From NCBI GenBank assembly GCA_017431175.1, contig JAFRLN010000034.1, forward strand, positions 14,030 through 78,029: a DNA stretch of 64,000 nt. The letters run 5' to 3'. Positions within the stretch are counted from its first letter, which is position 1; each line of letters starts with the position of its first letter. This stretch comes from Mogibacterium sp. Lineage in GTDB: Bacteria > Bacillota > Clostridia > Peptostreptococcales > Anaerovoracaceae. The notes below the pieces were generated by a model, which saw nothing but the letters and a program-made list of their open reading frames with translations, made no database searches and was not told the DNA's origin. This document shows positions 34,860-43,230 of this stretch, piece after piece. A program made the position numbers and the translations under genes.

Positions 34860-36472
34860 CAGAATCCCATATATACGAAATCGACACCTTCAGATCCTGA
34901 CCCGTACATGCCCAGCATGATGACAGACAGCGCGCCGATCAGAAGGATCACCCACTGAAGCCACGCAGGTCTGCGGTCAAGGAGGTCACCCGGAGTCTCA
35001 AGGCCGGACCTCTCCAGTCTGATGCTGAAATACAGAATCACCAGCGCGCCGTACACGACGACCGCCATATCGCTCATCCTGAGATCAAGATCGTGTATCT
35101 GGCTTGTTGTTACCATGTGAAAGTCCGCGACCGAGCGCCACATCATATCGAAGGCACCCCTGAGGTCGGGAGCTATGTCGAAATAGTAACCAATCAGAAC
35201 GACCACGAAAGTCCTGAGCATCTGGAAGAGCTTCCATCCCCATGCCTCTGCCTTGATGTGCAGAGCATTCAGCGCTTTCTCATAGGCCGGAGCCATGAGT
35301 GTGGAGAACATGATCACAAGTCCGTTCCACAGACCGAATCCTATGTACCTGCTGTTCGCTCCGTGCCAGATACCGATCAGCAGGAAGACGATCAGTGAAG
35401 CGAAAGCGGTCGGAAGCGTTCTGGAGATATGCTTCCCCGCGGCAGTCTTGCCGAAAGCAGTGCCGGCAAGGCGTTTGCTGATATTCAGGAAGAGATTCGA
35501 GACAGCAAGCGAATAGAAGACGTATTTCTTCATCCAGGCGCCGAGCGTGATATGCCATCTGCGCCAGTACTCATTGATGGATCTTGAGAAATACGGCTGT
35601 CTGAAGTTGTTCTCAAGGTCGATGCCGATCACTCTCGCAACGCCTCTCGCTACATCGATGCCTCCGGAGAAGTCCGCGTACAGCTGCAGAGCGTACATGA
35701 GCGCGGCAAAAAGTATCATCCCGCCCTGATAGGAGGCATAGTCGCCCGCGACGGTATTGATCGCCGCGAACAGCCTGTCAGCTATCACGAGCTTCTTGAA
35801 CAGGCCCCACAGGATGAGCTCTCCGCCTGACTTGAATCTGTGCCACTCCGGCCGGTGCTCTTCATACAGCTGTGATCCAAGCTGGTCGAAAGCGCTGATC
35901 GGTCCCTGTATGATCTGCGGGAAGAATGAAACGAACAGAGCGAATCTGAACAGATTCTTCTCTGCCCGGACTGTTCCTCTGAACACATCTATCAGGTATC
36001 CTGTTGCCTGGAATGTGTAGAAAGAGATGCCGAGCGGCAGGAGCAGGCTTATGATCTTAGCGTCTCCCGACGAGTGTCCCAGGAGATGCATCAGCCCGCC
36101 GGCCAGGAAGTTCAGATACTTGATCACGAACAGGATGCCGAAATTGGTCAGCAGCGCCGCGGCGAGGATCCTCTTCTTACTCTTCTCGGCGCCTTGTTTG
36201 TACGCCTTCTTCTCTTCAGAGCTCCACACACCCTTCATCGACTTGACTTTCTGTTTTGTCTCTGCGGACACCTTGTCTATACAGACTGCCGCGTAATATA
36301 TCGTCAGAGTCGTAAACAGGATGAAGACTGTATATTTATAGCTGTTGTACACATAGAAAAAATAGCTCGCGAAAAGCAGCACCGTCCACTGATACTTCTT
36401 CAGCGGAAACAGAAAATATATGATGATTGTGATGCCTGCGAACAGTGCAAATAACAGCGATGTGAAAGTCAT
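34859..36472 (-). CDS. Membrane-bound O-acyltransferase (MBOAT; AlgI/DltB/PatA-like)
   Basis: 537 aa, polytopic. ISFYTFQATGYLIDVFRG, FFPQIIQGPI, YWRRWHITLGAWMKKYVFY, GIWHGAN (conserved His). Confidence 0.85.
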   Translation of the reverse strand: MTFTSLLFALFAGITIIIYFLFPLKKYQWTVLLFASYFFYVYNSYKYTVFILFTTLTIYYAAVCIDKVSAETKQKVKSMKGVWSSEEKKAYKQGAEKSKKRILAAALLTNFGILFVIKYLNFLAGGLMHLLGHSSGDAKIISLLLPLGISFYTFQATGYLIDVFRGTVRAEKNLFRFALFVSFFPQIIQGPISAFDQLGSQLYEEHRPEWHRFKSGGELILWGLFKKLVIADRLFAAINTVAGDYASYQGGMILFAALMYALQLYADFSGGIDVARGVARVIGIDLENNFRQPYFSRSINEYWRRWHITLGAWMKKYVFYSLAVSNLFLNISKRLAGTAFGKTAAGKHISRTLPTAFASLIVFLLIGIWHGANSRYIGFGLWNGLVIMFSTLMAPAYEKALNALHIKAEAWGWKLFQMLRTFVVVLIGYYFDIAPDLRGAFDMMWRSVADFHMVTTSQIHDLDLRMSDMAVVVYGALVILYFSIRLERSGLETPGDLLDRRPAWLQWVILLIGALSVIMLGMYGSGSEGVDFVYMGF

Positions 36473-36494
36473 GAATAATTATTGGTTCCTGCAG

Positions 36495-36830
36495 CTATAT
36501 CGTATAGATCAGAACGCCCGCGATAATCAGCAGGTTGCCGATCAGCTGTCCTCTGTTGAAATGCTCCTTAAGAAGCACGAACGACAGCACCATTACGAAA
36601 ACGTATGTAAAAGTATCGATCACCGGACCGAATCTCATGTCTACCTTGGTGTAGGCATATGTGTTGACGAAGAGCACGCCGAAAGAGATCGCGTAAGCGG
36701 TCAGTACTCTCCAGTTCAGGTATTCATAGATCCAGGACTTGTGCTCCATCCTGGCACTCTGCTTGAGCAGTATCTGGGATCCCGCGGAGAAGAAAGTCGC
36801 CGCGAACAGAAGGAAAATGTAGAAATTCAT
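36495..36830 (-). CDS. Small 4-TM DMT/EamA-type protein, ArnE/ArnF-like flippase subunit (cassette B, subunit 2)
   Basis: The track ORF extends to 37085, but the ATG at 36830 overlaps the upstream stop (ATGA) and gives a 111-aa protein colinear with 17549..17884 (67/111 identical). Confidence 0.65.
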   Translation of the reverse strand: MNFYIFLLFAATFFSAGSQILLKQSARMEHKSWIYEYLNWRVLTAYAISFGVLFVNTYAYTKVDMRFGPVIDTFTYVFVMVLSFVLLKEHFNRGQLIGNLLIIAGVLIYTI

Positions 36831-37201
36831 TCCGCCGCCTCCTCTCCGTACGGGGTGTTGAGAGAGACGGTAACGACTCCCGCAAGCACTACCGCAAGTC
36901 CGACGAGGTTCTTGGCTGTCAGGTGCTCTCCGAATAAAAGCACAGCCCAAAGCTGTCCCCATATGAGATAGACGCTCCTGTTGGCGTATCCCACATGAAG
37001 ATCTACTTTCTTGATTACCTTCTGCCAGAAAAACGCGTATACTACGCAGACCATCAGCATCAGCATTGAGAATATATACAGCCATGGACTGTAGAATCCC
37101 GCGCTGTTATATGTGTTGGCCGCTGCCTTGGCGAAAACGCTGGTGAAGGAGAACACCATTACGCAGAGGTGGAGACGCAGATAATCACCTAATCTCTCCA
37201 T
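36827..37201 (-). CDS. Small 4-TM DMT/EamA-type protein, ArnE/ArnF-like flippase subunit (cassette B, subunit 1)
   Basis: 124 aa with 4 hydrophobic segments. Paralogue of 17889..18269. Confidence 0.65.
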   Translation of the reverse strand: MERLGDYLRLHLCVMVFSFTSVFAKAAANTYNSAGFYSPWLYIFSMLMLMVCVVYAFFWQKVIKKVDLHVGYANRSVYLIWGQLWAVLLFGEHLTAKNLVGLAVVLAGVVTVSLNTPYGEEAAE

Positions 37202-38400
37202 AATTCCTCCAGTGTCCTTCCATCAACGAACATAGCACTGTATACACGATCCTTGATCCTGTCAAATTCATCCTCATCATCGACAGCCGCGATGACATGT
37301 CCGATTCTCGTCGTACCGTTGTACATCTTCTCGATGCTGTCTCCGACACCGTAGTCGAGCTTGACTGTGATGCCTTCTCCGCGGATGGCATCGAGCTTCT
37401 CCTCGTCTATATAAGAGATCGTGCCGTCAACCGGACTCATGAGGAGCTTTGCCATGCATGGCACTCTGACGTCGCCCTCCGGCATCACGACCGGTCTTCC
37501 GAGCGCGTTGTTGATCATCTGCTCGTAGAAGTCGAAGCCGTAGTAAATGGATATCAGTTCCGGTATGCAGGTCGCTCCGGCGCGGCCTCCCATCTCGATG
37601 ATATAGACTTCATCCCCGTCAACGAAGACGTCTGAATTGAATGCCGTGTTATCGATCCCGAGGGAGCGTGTCGCGAGCGTGATCTGCTTCGCGATCTCAT
37701 CATACACTTTGTCTGAGCACTTATACGGGAACGCGTGTCCCGCAGGCATAGTGGCACCTCTGAACTTGTAGGTGAACTTCTCATGAGGGGCAAGGAGGAT
37801 CAGTTCACCATTCTCCACCATTCCGTCAACGCCGATCTCATGACCGCCGAGCTTGCTCTCGATGAGAACATAGTCTTTGCGGGAATATCTGACCGCTTCC
37901 TCATATGCCGTTTTCATCTCGTCACGGGTGTCGATGACATTGATGCCGCGGCTGCCGGAGCTGTCTACGCATTTTACGACGACAGGATATCCGATCTGTT
38001 CTGCGGCGGCATACGCCTCCTCAAGGGATGTGACGCGGACATATCTCGACGCAGCGACGTTGCCTTCAGCGAAAGCTTCTTTCATCTGAAACTTGTCGCA
38101 CGCCTTATCCGCCGCGATCTCGCTGATACCGGACAGCCCCATCTGGTCGTTGACATAACCGATCGTCGCGACAGCGACATCCGTCCCTGAGGTGCAGATC
38201 CCGTTGACGCCTTCCTTGCGGCAGATCTCCAGGATAGCTTCCTTGTCTACTGTATTGATGTAGTATGCCTTATCGGCATAATCAAAACCGGGATATGCTC
38301 CCGGCATACTTGATACTATAGTATAGAGACCCATACGCTTGGCCGTTTTGATCAGCGGTACCTGATATACGCTGGCGCCAAGTATCATGATCTTGTCCAT
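37189..38400 (-). CDS. ATP-grasp family ligase (cassette B)
   Basis: The track ORF starts at 38448 inside the upstream gene. The ATG at 38400 (GAGAGG RBS) gives MDKIMILGASVYQVPLIKTAKRMG. YPVVVKCVDSSGSRGINVI, YVLIESKLGGHEIGVDG, VYIIEMGGRAGA. Confidence 0.8.
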   Translation of the reverse strand: MDKIMILGASVYQVPLIKTAKRMGLYTIVSSMPGAYPGFDYADKAYYINTVDKEAILEICRKEGVNGICTSGTDVAVATIGYVNDQMGLSGISEIAADKACDKFQMKEAFAEGNVAASRYVRVTSLEEAYAAAEQIGYPVVVKCVDSSGSRGINVIDTRDEMKTAYEEAVRYSRKDYVLIESKLGGHEIGVDGMVENGELILLAPHEKFTYKFRGATMPAGHAFPYKCSDKVYDEIAKQITLATRSLGIDNTAFNSDVFVDGDEVYIIEMGGRAGATCIPELISIYYGFDFYEQMINNALGRPVVMPEGDVRVPCMAKLLMSPVDGTISYIDEEKLDAIRGEGITVKLDYGVGDSIEKMYNGTTRIGHVIAAVDDEDEFDRIKDRVYSAMFVDGRTLEELWRD

Positions 38401-38404
38401 AAAA

Positions 38405-39340
38405 CTACCTCTCAGATTCATTGATGCCAACAGTATCTCTGATGACATATTGCGGTGTTTTGTTAAGTATTAGTATTATCTTGCCCAGATACTCCCCTAC
38501 GATTCCGAGTACCATCAGCACAACTCCGAACAGCAGTGTTATGACGCACATCGTGGATGACCATCCTACAGGGAGGTTCGGATATATGATCTTGTTGATA
38601 ATGATCAGTATTGTGAATACCAGTCCGGCTATGAATGAGAAGATGCCGACGAAGAAGGATATCCTCAGCGGTATCACGGAGAAGTTCCAGTACGCCATCC
38701 ACAGCTTGAGAAGCTTCTTGAATGTGTAGCCGGAATGTCCGTATTCTCTCTTGAAGTGCTCGACCGGAACCATTCCGATATTATTGGTCACTCTGTAGAA
38801 CACGGCATCGACATAAGGATTGAACGTATCGAACTTGATCACCTCATCTCTGACAGACTTCGTAATGATCCAGAAGTTGCTGGACTCTATCTCCTTAGGT
38901 CTGCTGAGCATTACTCTGGAGGTCTTTCTGTTGATGATGCTGGTCAGATTTTTGATCGGTCCGTTCTTGACTTCCGGATAGATCCCGTATACAAGGTCAT
39001 AGCCTTCTTCGATCTTGTGGATGAGCTTGAAGATCTGCGACGGATGCGTCTGCATATCGTCATCCATTCCCAGGATATAGTCGCCCTTCGTATAGTTCAG
39101 CGCTGCCATGATCGCGTTATGCTGGCCGAAGTTCCTCATCAGGTTGACTCCGCGGACGTTAGGGTATTTCCTGTTCAGCGCGACGATTTCATTGAAAGTG
39201 CCGTCTGTTGAGCCGTCATTGACCAGGACGAATTCGCATTCATATCCTTCGTTGTTATTAAATTCTTCTGTAACCATGTCGACGACCTTGCCAATCGTCT
39301 TCTCAGAGTAGTAACATGGTATTATTATTGATATAAGCAT
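38405..39340 (-). CDS. Polyprenyl-phosphate glycosyltransferase, GT2 (GtrB/ArnC/CsbB-like) (cassette B)
   Basis: 311 aa with AAGGAG RBS. 73 of the first 100 residues are identical to the cassette A GT2 (hand count). NDGSTDGT, MDDDMQTHPSQ, C-terminal TM pair and IVGEYLGK. Confidence 0.85.
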   Translation of the reverse strand: MLISIIIPCYYSEKTIGKVVDMVTEEFNNNEGYECEFVLVNDGSTDGTFNEIVALNRKYPNVRGVNLMRNFGQHNAIMAALNYTKGDYILGMDDDMQTHPSQIFKLIHKIEEGYDLVYGIYPEVKNGPIKNLTSIINRKTSRVMLSRPKEIESSNFWIITKSVRDEVIKFDTFNPYVDAVFYRVTNNIGMVPVEHFKREYGHSGYTFKKLLKLWMAYWNFSVIPLRISFFVGIFSFIAGLVFTILIIINKIIYPNLPVGWSSTMCVITLLFGVVLMVLGIVGEYLGKIILILNKTPQYVIRDTVGINESER

Positions 39341-39376
39341 TTATGACGAACTCCTTCTTATCATTGCAGACATTTC

Positions 39377-39388
39377 ATATAATTATAT
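39377..39388. promoter_or_regulatory. Perfect palindrome ATATAATTATAT providing a TATAAT -10 hexamer on each strand (divergent promoters)
   Basis: Read directly in the 107-bp divergent spacer. Plus-strand TATAAT at 39378-39383, minus-strand TATAAT at 39387-39382. Confidence 0.4.
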
Positions 39389-39447
39389 CGCAACTGCGCA
39401 GCATCTACAAGAAGACATAATCCATGCAGCAGAAAGGACGTATCACG

Positions 39448-40404
39448 ATGAAGGAAATCGGCGGATACATGGAGCTTGAACATATGCGCGGATCCGAGCT
39501 TTATCCGGATCTTCACAGGCTCAATCTGGGCCGTACTGCTTTTGTATGGCTCCTCCAGAACATACCACACAACAGAGTATTCATTCCTGAATACATATGC
39601 AGATCAGTGCCTGACAGCGCCGCGTCCGCGGGATTCGATGTAGTCAGATACCGTCTTGACGAGCACCTGCAGCCTCTATGGGGCAGCGAGGGGGCTCCCG
39701 GCGACGATGACATCCTGTACCTCGTCAATTTCTACGGGCAGCTCAGTCCCGAAGAGATCCGGTCATGGCGGAGCCGCCTACCGAAAGTCTTCGTCGATAA
39801 CGCGCAGGCCTTCTACGACGCTCCCCTCGAAGGAGTGCATACGATCTATACTGTCAGAAAGTACTTCGGTCTGAGTGACGGCGCGTACGTTGCTTCAGAT
39901 ATCGACGCATCTGCTGATGATCTTCCTGATGACCATTCCGGAAACAGGATCAGGCATCTCACCGGCAGGCTCGAAGAGAACGCCGGCGCGTATTACAGGG
40001 AGATGCTTGACGTATCCGACACCTTCTCTGCTGAGATCCCGAGACAGATGTCACCACTGACTCACAACCTGCTGAAGGGTATCGATTATGAATATGTCAG
40101 GACACAGAGACGTTCCAATTACAGGACCCTCAGCCGCCTCCTTCCGGGAAGCAACCCGTTCACGCAGCGTATGCCTGAATGTCCTTTTGCTTATCCTTAC
40201 TATCACGGGGACGGCGTAGCACTCAGGAAATATCTGGCCTCGAAGAAGATATTCGTACCGACCAACTGGACTTATCTCATCCAGACAATGCCGGAGGACA
40301 GTCTCGAGTATGACTGGTCTGCCAACGTTCTTCCTCTGCCTGTAGATCAGCGCTACGGTGATGAGGAGATGAAGATCATCGCTGACGCAGTACTCAGCTT
40401 CTGA
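39448..40404 (+). CDS. Divergent DegT/DnrJ/EryC1-like PLP-dependent enzyme (sugar aminotransferase fold), function uncertain
   Basis: The track ORF starts at 39424. ATG at 39448 gives MKEIGGYMELE.... The layout resembles the DegT fold: LGRTAFVWLL, VDNAQAF, TVRKYFGLSDGAY (candidate PLP Lys), RRSNYRTLSRLL, LPLPVDQRYGDEEMKIIADAV. Confidence 0.45.
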   Translation: MKEIGGYMELEHMRGSELYPDLHRLNLGRTAFVWLLQNIPHNRVFIPEYICRSVPDSAASAGFDVVRYRLDEHLQPLWGSEGAPGDDDILYLVNFYGQLSPEEIRSWRSRLPKVFVDNAQAFYDAPLEGVHTIYTVRKYFGLSDGAYVASDIDASADDLPDDHSGNRIRHLTGRLEENAGAYYREMLDVSDTFSAEIPRQMSPLTHNLLKGIDYEYVRTQRRSNYRTLSRLLPGSNPFTQRMPECPFAYPYYHGDGVALRKYLASKKIFVPTNWTYLIQTMPEDSLEYDWSANVLPLPVDQRYGDEEMKIIADAVLSF

Positions 40405-40435
40405 GTCTGCTGAACAAAGCTGCTGCAGCTCTCAA

Positions 40436-40477
40436 CCAAAACGCCGGCATCCTGATCGGATGCCGGCAATTTTATTG
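40436..40477. terminator. Bidirectional rho-independent terminator between convergent genes
   Basis: Perfect 10-bp stem GCCGGCATCC-TGATC-GGATGCCGGC (40443-40467), flanked by CAAAAC and AATTTTATT. Confidence 0.8.
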
Positions 40478-40512
40478 CTGTATATTCTGTTCTCAGCGGT
40501 AAGTGTCCTGTT

Positions 40513-41925
40513 TTACTTACCCGCGTTCGGTCCTACGTATCTCATAACGTAGCTTCTGCCGTGGTGATTGGCTGCGTCACGAAGTGAATAACTGCCTTCG
40601 TTACGTATTGCGATGGATGCAGGGCTCCAGCACGCGTCGATACCCTCGGCGTCGACGATCATGTTATTGCCTGCGTAAATGGCGACATGTCCGTTATCAT
40701 AGCCGTCTTCGTTGTACCAGCTGATAACATCGCCCGGCAGCAGATCGTCTACCGACAGGTCGCTGCAGTATCCGATCTTCTTCCAGCAGGAGTACCTGTA
40801 GAAATTGTCATCGTTGCAGACGACGCAGTCTCTTCCGCTGCTGCAGTCTCTCATCATCTCAGGATCTTCCGCTCCGTGCGCAAAAGCGGCGGTTACGAAT
40901 GTCAGGCATACATATGTCTTCTCGTATCCTGACGGCTTATTCCTCTGGTTCGTTCCGCAGAAGTAACATCCCATGCTGCTCGTTGCCGGCTTCGCTCCGT
41001 ATGTGAAGGAGTCATCGTTGGCGATCATGCAGGCCCAAGCTACAGCAGCTCTTGCTCCGTCTCCGGTCCATACAGCGTAGAGATCGACATTTTCGCCGGT
41101 CTCTCCGAGGTCCGTTACCTGCTCAGCATCAGTGAACTCCACCAGGCCGTCATCCGACCTTGCCCATCCGAGGAACTTGTGATCTCCGTTGATGAACGGA
41201 TTGTCGTCGAGATTAGTGGTAACATCTGTAGCTACGATCTGCTTGATCTCATCATCCCCGTCGTCTGCCGAAGAATGATAAGTGATGGTATATGCGTCGA
41301 GCTCCTCAACGGAAACCTTGATCTCCTTCTCGGCTTCGCCGTACTGGCTGTTGCCGATCTGCTGGACCTTGATCGTCGCTTCTCCGCCGCCTGATGTGAT
41401 GATCTTGCCGTCTTCATCAACGCTCGCCACTTCAGGATTGCTGGATGAATAGATCAGATCGTCTCCGGAGGAAGCTTTTGCGCCGATATCCGCGTCGAGG
41501 CCCGGATATGTCAGGTTATATTCTTTCTCTGCGACTTTGATCTCCTGCTCTTCTCTTTCAACATAGCTGATCTCGACTCTGTCCTTGCCGGTAGTACTTC
41601 CGTCAGCGTCCTTCTCGAGAACATTGAAGACATTGAGTCTCTTCTCGCTTATGTATTTCTCCGGGATCTTGATCCTGAACGACTCAGAAGAACCTGTTGC
41701 CGGCAAGACCTTCTCTGCGATCACGCGAAGACCGAGCTTGACAAGAATCGTCTGTCCGCTCGCCTTATCGACCGTGCCCTCGATGTAAGCGGCATCTCTG
41801 TCGCCGGTCACGATCCTCGTATTATCTATAGTAAAATCCTGTCCGTCATCCGCAAACGCGGTCTGAATTCCTGCTGCAAGGATAAAGCACAGTACTATCA
41901 GAAGGCCGATATGTCTCTTCTTCAT
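40513..41925 (-). CDS. Secreted protein: signal peptide, Ig-like/Big_2 and Listeria-Bacteroides-type repeat, C-terminal Cys-rich NlpC/P60- or CHAP-like cysteine peptidase domain
   Basis: 470 aa. Signal peptide MKKRHIGLLIVLCFILAAGIQTAFA. SSNPEVASVDEDGKIITSGGGEATIKV. FLGWARSDDG. C-terminal GCYFCGTN, GYEKTYVCLTF, PGDVISW, NGHVAIYAGNNMIVDAEG. Confidence 0.7.
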   Translation of the reverse strand: MKKRHIGLLIVLCFILAAGIQTAFADDGQDFTIDNTRIVTGDRDAAYIEGTVDKASGQTILVKLGLRVIAEKVLPATGSSESFRIKIPEKYISEKRLNVFNVLEKDADGSTTGKDRVEISYVEREEQEIKVAEKEYNLTYPGLDADIGAKASSGDDLIYSSSNPEVASVDEDGKIITSGGGEATIKVQQIGNSQYGEAEKEIKVSVEELDAYTITYHSSADDGDDEIKQIVATDVTTNLDDNPFINGDHKFLGWARSDDGLVEFTDAEQVTDLGETGENVDLYAVWTGDGARAAVAWACMIANDDSFTYGAKPATSSMGCYFCGTNQRNKPSGYEKTYVCLTFVTAAFAHGAEDPEMMRDCSSGRDCVVCNDDNFYRYSCWKKIGYCSDLSVDDLLPGDVISWYNEDGYDNGHVAIYAGNNMIVDAEGIDACWSPASIAIRNEGSYSLRDAANHHGRSYVMRYVGPNAGK

Positions 41926-41968
41926 CAGGATCCTTTCCTCTCAATTCTGAATTAAAGGGAACTCTGTA

Positions 41969-41997
41969 ATTTTAGCATATGTAACGCTCAATCACAA
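41969..41997 (-). promoter_or_regulatory. Promoter candidate TTGTGA-17 bp (with TG)-TAAAAT
   Basis: On the minus strand, -35 at 41997-41992 and extended -10 TGCTAAAAT ending at 41969, 44 nt upstream of the ATG. Confidence 0.5.
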
Positions 41998-42039
41998 TAA
42001 ATTGATTCTGAAGATTATCTGAAAAAGGGACAACTTATT

Positions 42040-43221
42040 CTATCTGTCAAAGTCGAACGCGCCGTCTTCTCTGAACATGCTTGGGTTATAGGCGATGATA
42101 ACAGCATCAAAATCATTGTCTTCTATGTATTCCTTGAGCTTCAGATCACTGTAATATCTCATGTCTATCGCGGTGATCTCTCCCGCGGACAGAGCAAGAT
42201 ATGGAAGAAGCGTGCAGGAGAACGAGTCTCTCAGCATCAGGATCTTCCGGTCATTAGGCGCCATCCTGTTAGTGACGGTGCTGAGTCTGTACTCATTGCC
42301 CATATATGTGAAATATGTCATGTCACTGAACAAGTCCTTCTCGTCGAGATATCCGAGGGCCATAAGCGAATCTGCAAAAGGTCCGTCCTTTTCCCGCTCG
42401 TTCCCGTCAGTCTGTGACTGTGTATACAGGTGGAAGTCCGTGTCGAACCGCGGGATCAGTGTCTCAAAGTCCTCGATCCCTCCGAAGAAACGGCCGGTAC
42501 GCCTTCCGAGCGATCCGAGGAACCAGTCTTTGTATTCAGTTTTCTCGTAATTCGCAGGATCGTAGATCTCAGGATCGAACATATATCCCTCTACCGTCCC
42601 GGCGAGGCGGGCTGCTGTCACTCCCGCCGCCCAGAGTGCTGTGGATGGCTTCCAGTGATGATCCGTATTGAAGAACAGCTCCGGTATACTGAAGCCTGCA
42701 GCGTCTATCTCCTCTCTCAGATCCAGGACCGCTACATTGCCGGCATTGAGCGAGGTTATGAGTTCATCCGCGTCCGCGTATCCGTATGTGTGAGTTCCCG
42801 GAGGCATGAGTTCATCTGTGTATGCTTTGCACGGAAGCTGTACATACATAAATTCCATTCCTCTGTCTCTCACGAACCTATCCAGCCCGATGATCTCTTC
42901 TGCGGCGTATTCCATGTCGTTATCCGGGTACGCGTAAGTGAGCTGTCCGTTAGACATTTTGTACACATCGATATCTCCGGCATCCCGGACGATCGTCACA
43001 CCGGCGAGCCTCTGGAAAAGGCCGTTGATATTGATCCAGTTGTTGCGGCTCTTGAAATTCTCTGTCATCGCGGTATCGATGGCCGCGGGGATCTCTGACA
43101 GCGAATTGTCCCTGACTGCGTCTATGATATCGCCCCTTGCCTTAAGTGCCGTTGTGCTTCCGAAGAGGAATATCGTCATCAGGAAGAAGGCGGCTATTAA
43201 TATTTTACCTGTCTTTCTCAT
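42040..43221 (-). CDS. DHHW-family (AlgX/AlgJ-like SGNH) protein, partner of the MBOAT
   Basis: 393 aa with an N-terminal signal-anchor. Literal DHHW motif in ELFFNTDHHWKPSTALWAAG. Confidence 0.75.
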   Translation of the reverse strand: MRKTGKILIAAFFLMTIFLFGSTTALKARGDIIDAVRDNSLSEIPAAIDTAMTENFKSRNNWININGLFQRLAGVTIVRDAGDIDVYKMSNGQLTYAYPDNDMEYAAEEIIGLDRFVRDRGMEFMYVQLPCKAYTDELMPPGTHTYGYADADELITSLNAGNVAVLDLREEIDAAGFSIPELFFNTDHHWKPSTALWAAGVTAARLAGTVEGYMFDPEIYDPANYEKTEYKDWFLGSLGRRTGRFFGGIEDFETLIPRFDTDFHLYTQSQTDGNEREKDGPFADSLMALGYLDEKDLFSDMTYFTYMGNEYRLSTVTNRMAPNDRKILMLRDSFSCTLLPYLALSAGEITAIDMRYYSDLKLKEYIEDNDFDAVIIAYNPSMFREDGAFDFDR

Positions 43222-43230
43222 GATCCCCTC

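Noticed and set aside
36831-37085. N-terminal 85-codon extension of the small 4-TM gene in the ORF track (196 aa)
   Set aside because: The extension overlaps the preceding subunit gene and is Arg/Gly-rich. The internal ATG at 36830 forms an ATGA overlap with the upstream stop and yields a 111-aa protein colinear with its paralogue. Similar track extensions were trimmed on RBS, signal-peptide or paralogue grounds at 29775-29861, 38401-38448, 44656-44682, 47388-47447, 16204-16275, 13112-13261, 19307-19312, 26387-26398 and 61336-61416.
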